64,000 bases of DNA from Candidatus Bathyarchaeota archaeon (GTDB lineage: Archaea > Thermoproteota > Bathyarchaeia > 40CM-2-53-6), in assembly GCA_005888735.1 (NCBI GenBank), contig VBBN01000027.1:10969-74968 (forward strand). The letters are read 5' to 3'. Under the pieces are notes generated by a model that searched no databases, was not told the origin of the DNA, and worked only from the letters and a program-made list of their open reading frames with translations. Below are positions 1-10,626 of the stretch, in pieces; within the stretch, counting starts at the first letter, position 1; each line of letters starts with the position of its first letter. Made by a program: the position numbers and the translations under genes.

Positions 1-282
1 TGCGTTTCAGGCCGGGTCACACTAGAACAACTCTCGACCTACAAACGCTCCCTCCTTCTAACCTACACTCAGGACAAGTTCTTCCACGCCGAGTTCGATG
101 AGAACGAGTTGAACGTGCTGATGCAGACTCCACTCGAATCCCTCCCCCGGACAACTCCTATTCAGGAATTGAACCGCACATTCCAATCCCTTCTTGCAGG
201 AGCACGTGATGACGAGAAGCCTCTCGTCCAAGAAGCTTGGAAGATGACAACGGCCAGGCTTCAGGAGGAAGGCGTGAACTGA
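1..282 (+). CDS. C-terminal end of probable Mre11/SbcD-like nuclease (partial, runs off window)
   Basis: Frame 1 is open from base 1 to TGA at 280-282 (..VSGRVTLEQLSTYKRSLLL..ARLQEEGVN*). The stop overlaps the start of the Rad50-like gene. Identity is inferred from position only. Confidence 0.55.
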   Translation, partial: CVSGRVTLEQLSTYKRSLLLTYTQDKFFHAEFDENELNVLMQTPLESLPRTTPIQELNRTFQSLLAGARDDEKPLVQEAWKMTTARLQEEGVN

Positions 283-2666
283 AGCTCCTGAGCCTCTACG
301 CGAGTAATTTCAAGAAGCTCCAGCTCAAACAGCTCCTAACATTCCCCGAGGGCATAGTGCTCATCACCGGCCTGAATGAGAGCGGCAAGTCAACTGTTCT
401 AGACGCAATTCTCTACGCTCTCTACGGACGAATGATGCGGCCGAAAGAGCGACCGAGCAATGAGGACATCATAAGCTATGGAACCGGGGAAGCCCAGGTC
501 CGCCTCGAGTTCTCAGTTGGAGAAAACTCCTACAGGGTAGTCAGAGAGGTGCACAGGACACGACCCAGCCGAGCTATGCTCTACCTGCTGAAACCCGACG
601 GAGCCTCGAAAACGCTAGCGACGACCGTGAACGACACGACGAGCGAGGTCGAACGTCTTCTCGGCGGAATAACGTACAATGAGATTGTTGCTAGTAGCGT
701 CGTAGCCCAGAAAGACCTCGAACGGCTAATCAAGCAGAGGCTTGACGACAGGCGCAAGGTAATCAATGTATTCCTAAACCTTGATAGTTTTAACAAGGTT
801 CAGGACGAGCTAGACCAGGAAAAATCCCGCATCGAAGGAACGACAAGAAACCCTGGTCAGCTAGCTAGAGAAGAGAGAGAGCTCGAACTCCTGCTGGAGA
901 AGCTCAAAGAATACAAAGACAGAGAGTCTCAACTATCCGAACTGGATGAACGAACAACGAAGCTCGAAGCCGAGCTTGGCGAGTCTGAGAAGCGCTTTGC
1001 TCAGACCGACTCCCTTTATAAGACTCTTGGCCGATACGATGAGGCCCTCAAACTACAAGAATCATTGAAGAAAGAAATTCAGAGCCAAATAGCCCTCCGA
1101 GACAACCTCAACCAACAACTCACCAGTCTCTCCTCGAAACGAGCTGAGCTCGAGGAAGCACAACGAAAGCTACGGGAATTCGACGGTATCACGGATATCG
1201 AACCCCGCCTGTCTCAAGCTTCAAGATTGCTCGAAGAGATGAGAGGACACGAGTTTCAACAAGCGAAGTTTAAGGAAAAAGAAGCCCAGCTTGCTTCGGA
1301 GATAGCCGAGAAAGGCCGGCGTGTCACATCCTCCTCGGGAATATCTGAAAACCATGGGCTCCCGTCGAGACGAGTATGGACCTATCTAGCGACAACAGGG
1401 GCGCTAGGAGCTGGAACGGTTCTCTCCTACTTTCTCAGTCCACAAAACTCTATTCTGCTTGTGATGGCTGTGGTTCTCGGGTCTATAGCCAGTATCTCCC
1501 TCATCCTTCTCGCACGCCAAATCGCTTCCCTCTCGCAAGAAGCGGATGTGTCCGGGAAGAAACGGGAGGAGCTTGCTACCGTCCAACTGGTCCAATTGCG
1601 GGAGAAGGATCTTGGCGAGGTGAGGCAAAACCTTGCGAGCTTGGACCAGATGCTCGATAGAGAAAGCACTGAGCTTACTCAGCTTCTCAAGTCAATCCCG
1701 CAGTACTCGAAACCCCTCCAAGGTGGAGGGGAAGACCCAAAGTTGGTTCTCGAGCTGGCTTCTTCACAGTACGAGAAGGACCGACGGGCACAAGCAGCGA
1801 TTAGTGAGCGAATTAAACTGTTGAAAGGTCAGCTCGAAGAAGAAATCCAGGTCAAAGAGCATCTTCGCGAAGCCGAGGCACACGTCCAAACTTTGAAGGA
1901 AAAGTTTGGGAACGTCCTGCTGCCAGCCCTCCCTGCGGAGGTTGTCTTCTCCCAAGATCTGCTAGAAGAGGCCGGCCAGTTCCGAGACTCTTTCAACGAG
2001 AAAGTCTCTAGGATCCGCACACAAATCGAGGACGCCATCGAACGCAAATCAGAGTATAGACGGTTCTTGGAAGAAAACAAGGATGTTGAAGAAACAGTCA
2101 ATGCCCAACAACGCAAGGTGGGGCTGCTGGAAAAAGGTCTTGCGGTAGTCAAGTATTCGTTGAGGGGCTTAGAGCAGACTTCTGAATCTTTGAGGAACAG
2201 AGTCAAGCCTCAAGTCGAACGCTTCATGGGGCTAATCCTGCCAGTCATTACTTCAGGACGCTACAAGGCTGTGGAGTTGGACGATGACTATACCGTGAGG
2301 GTGTTTGATCCTGAGGCAGGCGAGTTCAGGCCGAAGGAGGTGTTCTCCGGAGGGACCGAGGATCAGTTGCTTCTCGCGATGAGGCTCGCCTTCGCACTGG
2401 CCTTACTGCCTCAGGCCAAGGGCAGGAGCCCGGAGTTCTTGTTCTTAGACGAGCCGCTAGGCAGTTCTGACAAGATTAGACGAGAGGGCATACTGAAACT
2501 TCTCCGCGAGCAGCTTGCTCAGAACTTTCGGCAGATATTTCTGATCAGCCACGTTGGCGATTTGGAAGCAGAGGCCGATACTGTAATCTTGATGGAAAAT
2601 GGTAGCGTGCGAGAGGTCCTGAGCCGGAAACCCTCTTTACCAGAACCCGTTCAGATTCGCGCCTGA
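279..2666 (+). CDS. Rad50/SbcC-like SMC-family ATPase with central transmembrane hairpin
   Basis: Walker A GLNESGKST, Q-loop VAQ, long coiled coils, signature FSGG, Walker B FLFLDEP, H-loop ISH. Typical N-terminus (M)KLLSLYASNFK begins at CTG 279; the ORF track start is 237. Confidence 0.9.
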   Translation: MKLLSLYASNFKKLQLKQLLTFPEGIVLITGLNESGKSTVLDAILYALYGRMMRPKERPSNEDIISYGTGEAQVRLEFSVGENSYRVVREVHRTRPSRAMLYLLKPDGASKTLATTVNDTTSEVERLLGGITYNEIVASSVVAQKDLERLIKQRLDDRRKVINVFLNLDSFNKVQDELDQEKSRIEGTTRNPGQLAREERELELLLEKLKEYKDRESQLSELDERTTKLEAELGESEKRFAQTDSLYKTLGRYDEALKLQESLKKEIQSQIALRDNLNQQLTSLSSKRAELEEAQRKLREFDGITDIEPRLSQASRLLEEMRGHEFQQAKFKEKEAQLASEIAEKGRRVTSSSGISENHGLPSRRVWTYLATTGALGAGTVLSYFLSPQNSILLVMAVVLGSIASISLILLARQIASLSQEADVSGKKREELATVQLVQLREKDLGEVRQNLASLDQMLDRESTELTQLLKSIPQYSKPLQGGGEDPKLVLELASSQYEKDRRAQAAISERIKLLKGQLEEEIQVKEHLREAEAHVQTLKEKFGNVLLPALPAEVVFSQDLLEEAGQFRDSFNEKVSRIRTQIEDAIERKSEYRRFLEENKDVEETVNAQQRKVGLLEKGLAVVKYSLRGLEQTSESLRNRVKPQVERFMGLILPVITSGRYKAVELDDDYTVRVFDPEAGEFRPKEVFSGGTEDQLLLAMRLAFALALLPQAKGRSPEFLFLDEPLGSSDKIRREGILKLLREQLAQNFRQIFLISHVGDLEAEADTVILMENGSVREVLSRKPSLPEPVQIRA

Positions 2667-2673
2667 TTCACAG

Positions 2674-3429
2674 TTGAGCCTCGAGTGGCTTTACACCTTC
2701 GACGAGCTTCGAGCCTACAGCGTCGATACGAAGCAAGGAAAGTTGAGGCTAGGGTCGACTATCAAACACATGCCGGATCTATTAGAGACAGCAGGAATAA
2801 GCCTCCCAGAGAATCCGAAGGTCCTTTGTCTAATGGCTGGCTCTTGCATCGAAGGACTGGCCTTCGCGCAACTCTACAAAGCCGAGGTGACATGTCTAGA
2901 CGTGCAGAAACGAATGCTTCTGAAAGGCGTCAGGGAAGCAAAACGACGAAAGCTGAGACTGAAAACCGTCGTGGCAGATGCAAAGGAGCTCACAAAGAAG
3001 GTCAAAGGCACATTCGACCTTGTTACAATACTCGGCTCTCCACTGGCTCACCTTGGAATATCCGACTTCGACGGTGTCGTGACCCAGGTCAAAGAAGTAT
3101 TACACCGAAAAGGAACTTTTCTCGTCGAACAATCAGATATGGTCTTCCGAATAATGCCGTACTACAGAGATGCCATGGTCCCCAACGTCAACCCGCCAGT
3201 CATAAACGTCCACATCAGCTTCAACCCAAAAGAGGGATATTTCGAACGACTGCTCTTTGGGAGAAACAAGCAGGAGGTCTCCAGAGTATTCCTATGGGGT
3301 CCTTGGATTATTGAGTACGTATTGAAAAAGAACGGGTTCTCAAGCGTCGAGGTTAATCCATACGCCGACCCCTACTTGACGGTACAACCATTTCTCTTTA
3401 CCGCTCGGAGTAGCTGGAGAATTGTCTAG
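2674..3429 (+). CDS. Class I SAM-dependent methyltransferase
   Basis: KVLCLMAGSCIEG motif-I variant, VTCLD, VADAKEL, FDLVTIL and GTFLVE Rossmann pattern. Confidence 0.75.
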   Translation: MSLEWLYTFDELRAYSVDTKQGKLRLGSTIKHMPDLLETAGISLPENPKVLCLMAGSCIEGLAFAQLYKAEVTCLDVQKRMLLKGVREAKRRKLRLKTVVADAKELTKKVKGTFDLVTILGSPLAHLGISDFDGVVTQVKEVLHRKGTFLVEQSDMVFRIMPYYRDAMVPNVNPPVINVHISFNPKEGYFERLLFGRNKQEVSRVFLWGPWIIEYVLKKNGFSSVEVNPYADPYLTVQPFLFTARSSWRIV

Positions 3430-3812
3430 GATATGTAGCACAACGGGGTGTTGCGCTGAAGTATTGTAAGAGCGGCGAGAAGTTTCTCCTCTGCGTAATG
3501 CTTCGTGTCAAGTAGCCCTAGTAGGGCTGAGGTCCAGAGAAAGTACACTGTTCCTTCGTCTTCTGTTGCTCGGAAAAAGCCCAGCTCTTCAAGTTGGCCA
3601 GCCAAGCTGGACATTCTGCTATTTTTCGTTGATAGCCCCAAGGTGATTGTCCAGTCTCCGGTCCGGTCTAGAAATATGCTCATTGTGGCTTCGGAGAAGG
3701 CGAGCATGACGCTAGACCCTGGTCTGATTGATGTTTCGACGAAACTGGTTATGGAGGCAGGGTCTGGAGGGATCTGTACGAGTCTATTGTCCGGTCTGGG
3801 CTTTTCCGTCAT
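3426..3812 (-). CDS. Hypothetical protein
   Basis: 128-aa ATG ORF filling the gap, divergent from dph2; no recognisable motif. Confidence 0.55.
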   Translation of the reverse strand: MTEKPRPDNRLVQIPPDPASITSFVETSIRPGSSVMLAFSEATMSIFLDRTGDWTITLGLSTKNSRMSSLAGQLEELGFFRATEDEGTVYFLWTSALLGLLDTKHYAEEKLLAALTILQRNTPLCYIS

Positions 3813-3947
3813 AGTTGCGCCCTTCGAACCGGAACGGGCTTAACGGTCGTGTTACCACGCTTAGAAGCGTGCTGGAACGGGCTGCTCTGTTTCAGATGTT
3901 TATATCGCCGTCCAGCCTTCCAATCTTTTCTCTCTGTGGCGTTTGCG

Positions 3948-4955
3948 ATGGACATGTTTGACCTAGAGGAGGACAGGCTCGTTGCTGAGATAATGGAGAG
4001 AGGTGCCCGAAGGATACTCATCCAGCTGCCGGATGGACTAAAGACGGAAGGACCCAGACTCTCCAAGCTGGTTCGAGCAAAGACAGGAGCAGAGGTCTTC
4101 GTGTCAGCTGCCCCCGCTTGGGGGGCCTGCGACCTATCTCTAGACGCAGCGGCTAGGCTGAAAGCCGATCTATTGGTCCACTACGGACATAACGAGTTCC
4201 TGAGAAACGGGTCAAACGGTATTCCAGTGGTCTACATTCCAGCCAGAAGCAAGCACAAGGTGATGCCCGTGGTAGAGAAAGCAGTCCCCTTGCTTCAAGG
4301 AAAGAGAATTGGGCTTGCAACCACCGTTCAGCATTTGCACGAGCTCACCACGATGGCCGTGTTTCTCGAGGAGAAAGGTTTCCGAGTAGAGGTTCCTGGG
4401 CGCGGGCCTTGGGCCCACGAAACAGGGCAGATTCTGGGCTGCGACTATTTCGGGCTACGGAGGGTGCAATCAGCGGTCGACTCGTTTCTCATCGTAGGCA
4501 GTTTCTTCCACGGTCTTGGTGCTGCCTTGTCTGTCGAGAGACCGGCTGTTCTCGCAGACCCGTATGATGGGACAGCACGTTCACTAGAGGAAGACAGGGC
4601 CAAGGTTATACGGCAACGATTCGCGATGATAGAGAAAGCGAGAAAAGCTGCCAACTTTGGAATCATCGTTTCCACCAAACCGGGCCAGTGTAACCCGCAG
4701 ATTGCTCTCTCGATTCTCTCGCAGCTGGAGGAGAGGGGGAAAACCGGCGTCCTGTTGTACGCCGACGAGGTCGTTCCCGAGAAGCTGATGGATTTTGCAG
4801 GTCTTGACGCCTTCGTTGATACTGCATGTCCCAGGCTGGCGCTAGACGATCCCGAGAGGTTTCCTAAGCCGATACTGACTAGGGACGAGATTATGGTAGC
4901 TGTCGGAGCATGGACGTGGGAGGAGCTACTGGAACGTGGGCTTGTCCGCCTCTAG
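3948..4955 (+). CDS. dph2: Diphthamide biosynthesis protein Dph2
   Basis: IQLPDGLK, WGACD, LVHYGH, GQILGC and DTACPR (three Fe-S cysteines). Start set to ATG 3948/3954, downstream of TTTATAT at 3899. Confidence 0.95.
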   Translation: MDMFDLEEDRLVAEIMERGARRILIQLPDGLKTEGPRLSKLVRAKTGAEVFVSAAPAWGACDLSLDAAARLKADLLVHYGHNEFLRNGSNGIPVVYIPARSKHKVMPVVEKAVPLLQGKRIGLATTVQHLHELTTMAVFLEEKGFRVEVPGRGPWAHETGQILGCDYFGLRRVQSAVDSFLIVGSFFHGLGAALSVERPAVLADPYDGTARSLEEDRAKVIRQRFAMIEKARKAANFGIIVSTKPGQCNPQIALSILSQLEERGKTGVLLYADEVVPEKLMDFAGLDAFVDTACPRLALDDPERFPKPILTRDEIMVAVGAWTWEELLERGLVRL

Positions 4956-5035
4956 ACGCCTCCTTAGTACTCTGCGCTGATATCCGTCGCCTTCGCTCCA
5001 CACTTCTTCTGACAACTCCGTAGTGGGGAACTGGG

Positions 5036-5656
5036 TTGATTGAAGGTAAGAGGACGTTGTCAAAACGCCAGCTGGAAATTAGGCTTGGAAAACTGAAAAT
5101 TCTCGAGTCCCCCAGGCTGAAGCTAGAGCAATACCCGGTCTCACCGGAGGTGGCGGCCGAGCTTCTCTACATGGCCGGATTCGAACACGACGACCTTCAC
5201 GGGAAGAAGATAGCTGAGTTGGGGACAGGAACAGGAAGGCTGGCCATCGGGGCCGCGCTGATGGGGGCCCAGTCAGTTCTCGGAGTAGATGTGGACGAGA
5301 GAGCACTGGTTCTAGCCCGGGAAAACGCCGCGGGACTCGGAGCTGTCGTGGACTGGGCCAATCGGAGCATGGAAGATGTGAAAGGAGAATTCGACACAGT
5401 AATCATGAACCCCCCTTATGGGACCAGGTTACGACACCACGATGTCAAGTTCCTGTTGAAGGGCTTCCAACTAGCCCCAGTTACTTACTCGATTCACAAA
5501 AGCTCAACACGCGACTTTCTCTCTGAACTCATCAAGAAACACGGGAGACGTGTCGATGAAATACGGTCGATGAGGATGGTCATTCCTCACCTCTTCAGCT
5601 TTCACAAGAGGAAGTGGGCAGGGATTGATGTAGACGTCTACAGGACAATGGCTTAG
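5036..5656 (+). CDS. METTL5-family rRNA m6A methyltransferase
   Basis: LEQY, ELGTGTGRLAIGA, MNPPYG, YSIHK and FHK motifs; adjacent to dph2. Confidence 0.9.
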   Translation: MIEGKRTLSKRQLEIRLGKLKILESPRLKLEQYPVSPEVAAELLYMAGFEHDDLHGKKIAELGTGTGRLAIGAALMGAQSVLGVDVDERALVLARENAAGLGAVVDWANRSMEDVKGEFDTVIMNPPYGTRLRHHDVKFLLKGFQLAPVTYSIHKSSTRDFLSELIKKHGRRVDEIRSMRMVIPHLFSFHKRKWAGIDVDVYRTMA

Positions 5657-5695
5657 TAATTTGCTGTTTTCTCTGCAGCTGGCCGGCGAGAAATC

Positions 5696-8600
5696 CTAGC
5701 TGTCCTTCGTGATGACATAGCGACTGGTGTGCGATTCATTTTGGCCTGTGGTTGGGTTAGAAACCTGTGCCTTGGAACTCGGGCCTTCAACTGTGGTTGA
5801 GGGTGATGAGACGGGTCTGGCTGGAGTGTTGGAAGCAACAAGCTCGTCCAGAAGAAGAAAGAATGCTGCGAGAAAGGAGACCGAGAGCAGAATAAGGGCT
5901 CCGAAAGCGTTGATTGTCTCCAAAGCAGTTTGAGTTAGTTGATTCAAATGAGACTGAACCCAAAGATTGGTTGTGTAGTCCAAGTAACCTGCTCCAACGA
6001 GAGCTAAGAGTACAAGCGTCTCAAGTGAAATCGCGAGTTTCGTCTTCAAAGGAATGCCTGGAATCAGCCTGTCCTCGGGACGGACTGGAACGCGCCTAAG
6101 TCGTCCGGGTGCCCACCAGTTCAGTCGTTTCATTTGAGTCATGATTGCTGGGACGAGGTAGATTCTGATCAGGCTGGCGTCAAGGAGGACAACGATGAAT
6201 ATTCCCAGTCCCAGCTGCTGCAGCATTGGGATTCGTGAGAGCGTCATTGTGCCGAAAGCGCCGGCGGTTACAAGGCCGCTTGCCGTTATGATGCCGCCAG
6301 TATGTTCTACCGCCCGCTCAATCGCATCTTCTTCCCTGGCTCCGCTGACTACGTATTCCCGGATTCGAGTGACTAGGAAAATGTCGTAATCAAGGCCCAG
6401 GCCGACCATTATAACGAGCAGCATGATGGGCAATATCCAGATTAGTTCTGACCCCATGAATGTCTCGGAGAATATGAGTACGCCAGCCATGGCCCATGAG
6501 ACGCTGAGGAGGATCGTGAAGATTAGTCTCAGTGGAGTGAAGACTGAACCTAGGGCGAGAAGGAGCGCTATGAATACTCCCATAAGGACGAGAGAGGTCA
6601 GGTTCACGTAGTCCTGCCCGCTTGCGCTGACTAGGTCGGCGACGGAGGCCGTTGCTCCGCCGACCATCATGGTCGATGAGCGGAGGAGAGAGTTCTGAGC
6701 TTGCATACTTCTCACGTTCTCTCTGATTCGCCCGAGAGTTTGTATTGCGACGTCCGAGTATGGCTCGGTTGCGAGGACTGCCCATACCATTCCTGATTTT
6801 CCGTCTGCTCCGACAAATGGCTTCATTGTCTGAATCATTGCCTGTTGCTCGGCTCGGCTCAGCTGGTCGAACGATGAGTAGGGTATGGCCTCGCCCGCCG
6901 GGTGGGTGATTCCATAAATCTTGATTACTCCGGAGATTTTTAGTGTTGAGTTTTCGGCGTAGGAGAGAGCGTGGAGGGCTGTTACGTTGATCCAGTTGTC
7001 CGTGACTAGGAGAGCAGGGGTTTCGACGATTGTGTAGGTTGGCGTAATTGTCCCGGGGCCGAATCCTCTGCTCAGCACGTCGTAGCCGGCTTTGCTGTCG
7101 AGCTGGCTCGGAATTTGGGAGATGAAATCGTGGCTCGTGTGAGACGTTAGGATTGTACTGGTGGCGGGGAGAGAGATTGCAAGTGCCACGAGGATAATGA
7201 GTTTCGAGTGGCGGATTGTGAACTTGGCGGCTCTCTGATAATAGCTCTCGCTCACAGTTCGCTTTCTCCTGTTGAGACCTACACCGCGGGGCCAGAAAAG
7301 CCTGTCACCGAAAAGCGATAGTGCCGCGGGAACGAGTGTGAGTGAGACTAGCAGAGCTATAGAGATTCCGAGCATCACCGCGATGCCGATCGAGCGGAGC
7401 ATACCAAAGCTGGCGATGGCGAGGCTTCCAAAGGCAATTACGACCGTAGCGCCGCTCGTGGCAATGCTCTCACCTGCCCAAGTGACAGCGTGTTCAACAG
7501 CCTCTTCCTTTTCTCTTCCATTCCTACGTTCTTCGGCGTACCTGCTCACGAGGAAGATGCAATAGTCGGACCCGGCTCCGAACATGGCGACGGGAAGAAG
7601 CGTCAAGACCAGAAAATGAATACCGGTGAAAAGCGAACCTATCAAATAGACGAGCCCGAACGATATCCCGACTGAGAGCCCGATGGCGGAGACGGGGACG
7701 AGCGGTGCGGTTAGGCTGGAGAAGAAGAGTCCGATGATTATGATGATGAGAAGAATGGTTATTGGGTCAATGCGTTCCACGTCTGCTACAGTTTCTGACT
7801 CGATATCGTAGTTGAAGGCTGGTGCACCGGTCACATATACCCCAGGGCTTAGGCCGGTCGACTGTTTTGTGGCTCCAATATCACCTCTCACCTGTTGTAT
7901 GCTGTTTCGCGGGTCGGTGCCACTCGATTTGAAATCCAGTATCACTAGCATCGTGTTGTTGTCGCTAGAAACGAACTGGGAGTAGACTGAGCGACTTGGT
8001 TGCACGGGATAAGCGTCCGTGGACGGGTCACCGATGTTGTACGCAGCGAGGGCCCGGGCGGCGAAGCCCCTAAAATCTGTAAGAGACGCGCCGGACCCTA
8101 GGTCGTAGATTTGGCCGATTAGAGCGGTTTGGGCAGAATGTATGTTCGGAAGGCTGACAAGCTGTTCCAGTTATTGCAGATTGCGCAAATGGGATAGAGG
8201 TTGAAGAAGCGTGCCGTCCCTAGAAACAGACTGCGTGTTTGATTGTCAAGTGGGAGAGAGTCTATGAATGGGAGTGTGATGTTGTAGAAGGGTGGTTGAG
8301 AAGGAAGACCTGGGTGGCCTTTCGTAACGTTTTGGGCTCGAAAACGTGGGCTGTCCGGGTTGGGCTGTGAGAGAAGTTGACCTTTGCTGTAGAAAGACGC
8401 GGGGAACGTCATGTTCCATGAACGGTAGAACATGTTCTGATATGCCAGAGCGATCGGCTGGAATGGCAACGGAACCTGCCCGGCGACGACAGCGCCTATC
8501 GAAGCGTTAGCCTGACTATTGAACATCGAGACCTGTGCCCGGCTGACATTATCAGGACCCGTATTCACAATGCTAGCCCATGTTGTAGCATAGATGCTAG

Positions 8601-9045
8601 GAATCCCAAACTCGATGAAAACAGCCAGAGATGTCGCGTTCTTCAGCTGGTAGAGCTGGGAATGGATGACACTCGTGTAGCCCAGTAGAAGCCGATAGTA
8701 GATATCGAATATGCTAGTAACATTGCTGAGATTGGACAGTGTCGAGTCCTGCTGTAAGGTCTTGTTGAGAGTTAAGGTGAAGTATCGAATGCCGTTTCCA
8801 CGGACATCGCCCGAGCTGATGACGATTACAACGCTTGAGCCCTGGTTGATACTGAATTGTCGGCCTACAATGTCCTGTGCGAGACTTGACTCGGAGCCTT
8901 TCGAGTTGAAAGCTGTCTCGGAGTAGACTATGACGCTTTGTACTTGAAGGATAGCCGGGACACTTACGACTAGGGAAAGAAGCCAAAGGACGAAGACCGC
9001 ACGATTGTGCCGGGTGATAGTACGGGCTAGTCTTACGAATACCAG
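5696..9045 (-). pseudogene. MMPL/RND-family membrane transporter split by a frameshift near 8135
   Basis: ORF 8119-9258 has the N-terminal TM and exocytoplasmic loop. ORF 5696-8005 has YVTG, GAGSDYCIFLVSRY and GLGLDYDIFLVTRIRE. The downstream frame stays open upstream to about 8140. Start uncertain (CTG 9045 or an upstream GTG). Confidence 0.8.
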
Positions 9046-9324
9046 TGTCGGCCTTTCCTCCAGAGGCTTGACGAGGTCGAGGGCCGAAGAGGCGGGAAAG
9101 CCGTGCTGTAACCACAAAACCAGAAGCCGAGTAATCACTCGTCCAACGACTGCGTCACCATTCTCAAAATCCAAGAAATCGGTGTGAGAACATCCGTAGC
9201 GTAGTGTCTCTCTTTGCGTCCGTCGCGCAGAGTTTAATTGGTTAGTAGCAAGCCTCAAAGGCTGACGATGCTGAGACCAGTAATCTTCTGCACTGACCTA
9301 GAAACCATGTAGGAAGATTATGGC

Positions 9325-10587
9325 TTGAGTATTGCGACAAGCATCACACTAACAGGTCTTGAACTGACCCGGTTCTTCTTCGCAATGGTTCTCCTCTTGT
9401 TCACAGCACACTTCTTCGGCTTTCTCTTCTACGAGTCCAAGCTTCCCCGCGTCATCGGTGAGATTTTCGGCGGTCTCCTTCTAGGGCCAACATTGTTAGG
9501 ATACTTTTCGCTGCCGGCAATGAACTGGCTGTTTGGCGCTTTTCCCGCCGAAGGCAAGTTGATCGCCTTAATCAGCAATTTTGGCCTCGTCCTTTTGATG
9601 TTTATCTCTGGCTTTGAAATCCAACGCTCCTTCTCTCGCGAAGACCGGAGAATAGCCACCGCGTTCCTACTCGGCGCTACTATCGTACCGTTCCTCGTCG
9701 GAGTCGCCATTCCCTACCTGTACAACCTAGCCGCGTATTCAGGACCAAACGGCAATCCGCTATCCCTTGCAATAATCGTCGGAATCGGGGTCTCGGTGAC
9801 ATCCATTCCAGTCATATCAAAGATATTCATCGACCTGAAAATCATCAATACTCGCTTCGCAAAGATCGTGCTTGCGATTGCCACGGTCGAAGACGTGATT
9901 CAATTTGCTGCTTTGGCAGTGGCTACCGGAATCGGAAGCTCGTCATTGACTCTGAACTTAATCCTTACGACTGTTTTTGTGACGACCGCTTTCTTCGCCT
10001 TCGGACTGGTCGCGCTCCCGAGAATAGTTGAGTTCACGAATAGGTCTAGGTTCGACGTTCTGATCAAGTATCACCCGTCCCGATACGCCTTGTTCGTCTG
10101 CTTCTCCCTAGTCGCCCTGGCAAGTTTGTTGAACGTCAACATCGTCTTCGGCGCCTTCCTGGCAGGAATAGCAATTGGAACTATGCCCGTGAAGGTTTTC
10201 GACGCCGCTAAGGCGCAAATAAAATCGATTTCGCTAGCCTTGTTCACCCCTATCTATTTCGCAGTCGTCGGCCTAAAGCTCGACCTAGTCCACCAGTTCG
10301 ACCCGGTATTCTTTCTAGGGTTCCTATTGCTCTCAACAGCGTTGAAAGGTTCCGGGGCATTGCTGGTAGGAAAACTGACACGACAAGGCTGGCTACCTAG
10401 TTTGAATCTGGCTATCGCATTGAACGCGCGGGGAGGACCCGGAATCGTCTTGGCGACAGTCGCGTTTGACCTGGGGCTTATTTCAGAAATGTTCTTCGTT
10501 GCACTGGTCCTGACAGCGATAGTCACCTCACTGGTGGCTGGTTACTGGCTGCGACTCGTCAAAGGGAAAGGATGGAGACTCCTGTGA
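9325..10587 (+). CDS. Cation:proton antiporter (CPA2/KefB-like)
   Basis: About 12-13 TM helices, LPRVIGEIFGGLLLGP, VTSIPVISKI, ATVED, NARGG. Confidence 0.9.
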   Translation: MSIATSITLTGLELTRFFFAMVLLLFTAHFFGFLFYESKLPRVIGEIFGGLLLGPTLLGYFSLPAMNWLFGAFPAEGKLIALISNFGLVLLMFISGFEIQRSFSREDRRIATAFLLGATIVPFLVGVAIPYLYNLAAYSGPNGNPLSLAIIVGIGVSVTSIPVISKIFIDLKIINTRFAKIVLAIATVEDVIQFAALAVATGIGSSSLTLNLILTTVFVTTAFFAFGLVALPRIVEFTNRSRFDVLIKYHPSRYALFVCFSLVALASLLNVNIVFGAFLAGIAIGTMPVKVFDAAKAQIKSISLALFTPIYFAVVGLKLDLVHQFDPVFFLGFLLLSTALKGSGALLVGKLTRQGWLPSLNLAIALNARGGPGIVLATVAFDLGLISEMFFVALVLTAIVTSLVAGYWLRLVKGKGWRLL

Positions 10588-10626
10588 TAGGCGGCGCAGC
10601 GCAAGATACATGCTTCAAGCCTATAA

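Noticed and set aside
237-278. ORF-track start of the Rad50-like gene at TTG 237
   Set aside because: It overlaps the upstream CDS by 46 nt, and the family-typical N-terminus begins at 279.
9240-9280. Canonical fluoride or yybP-ykoY riboswitch
   Set aside because: Only partial motif resemblance (no GATG core with P2, no T-loop arm). Kept only as an unclassified candidate.
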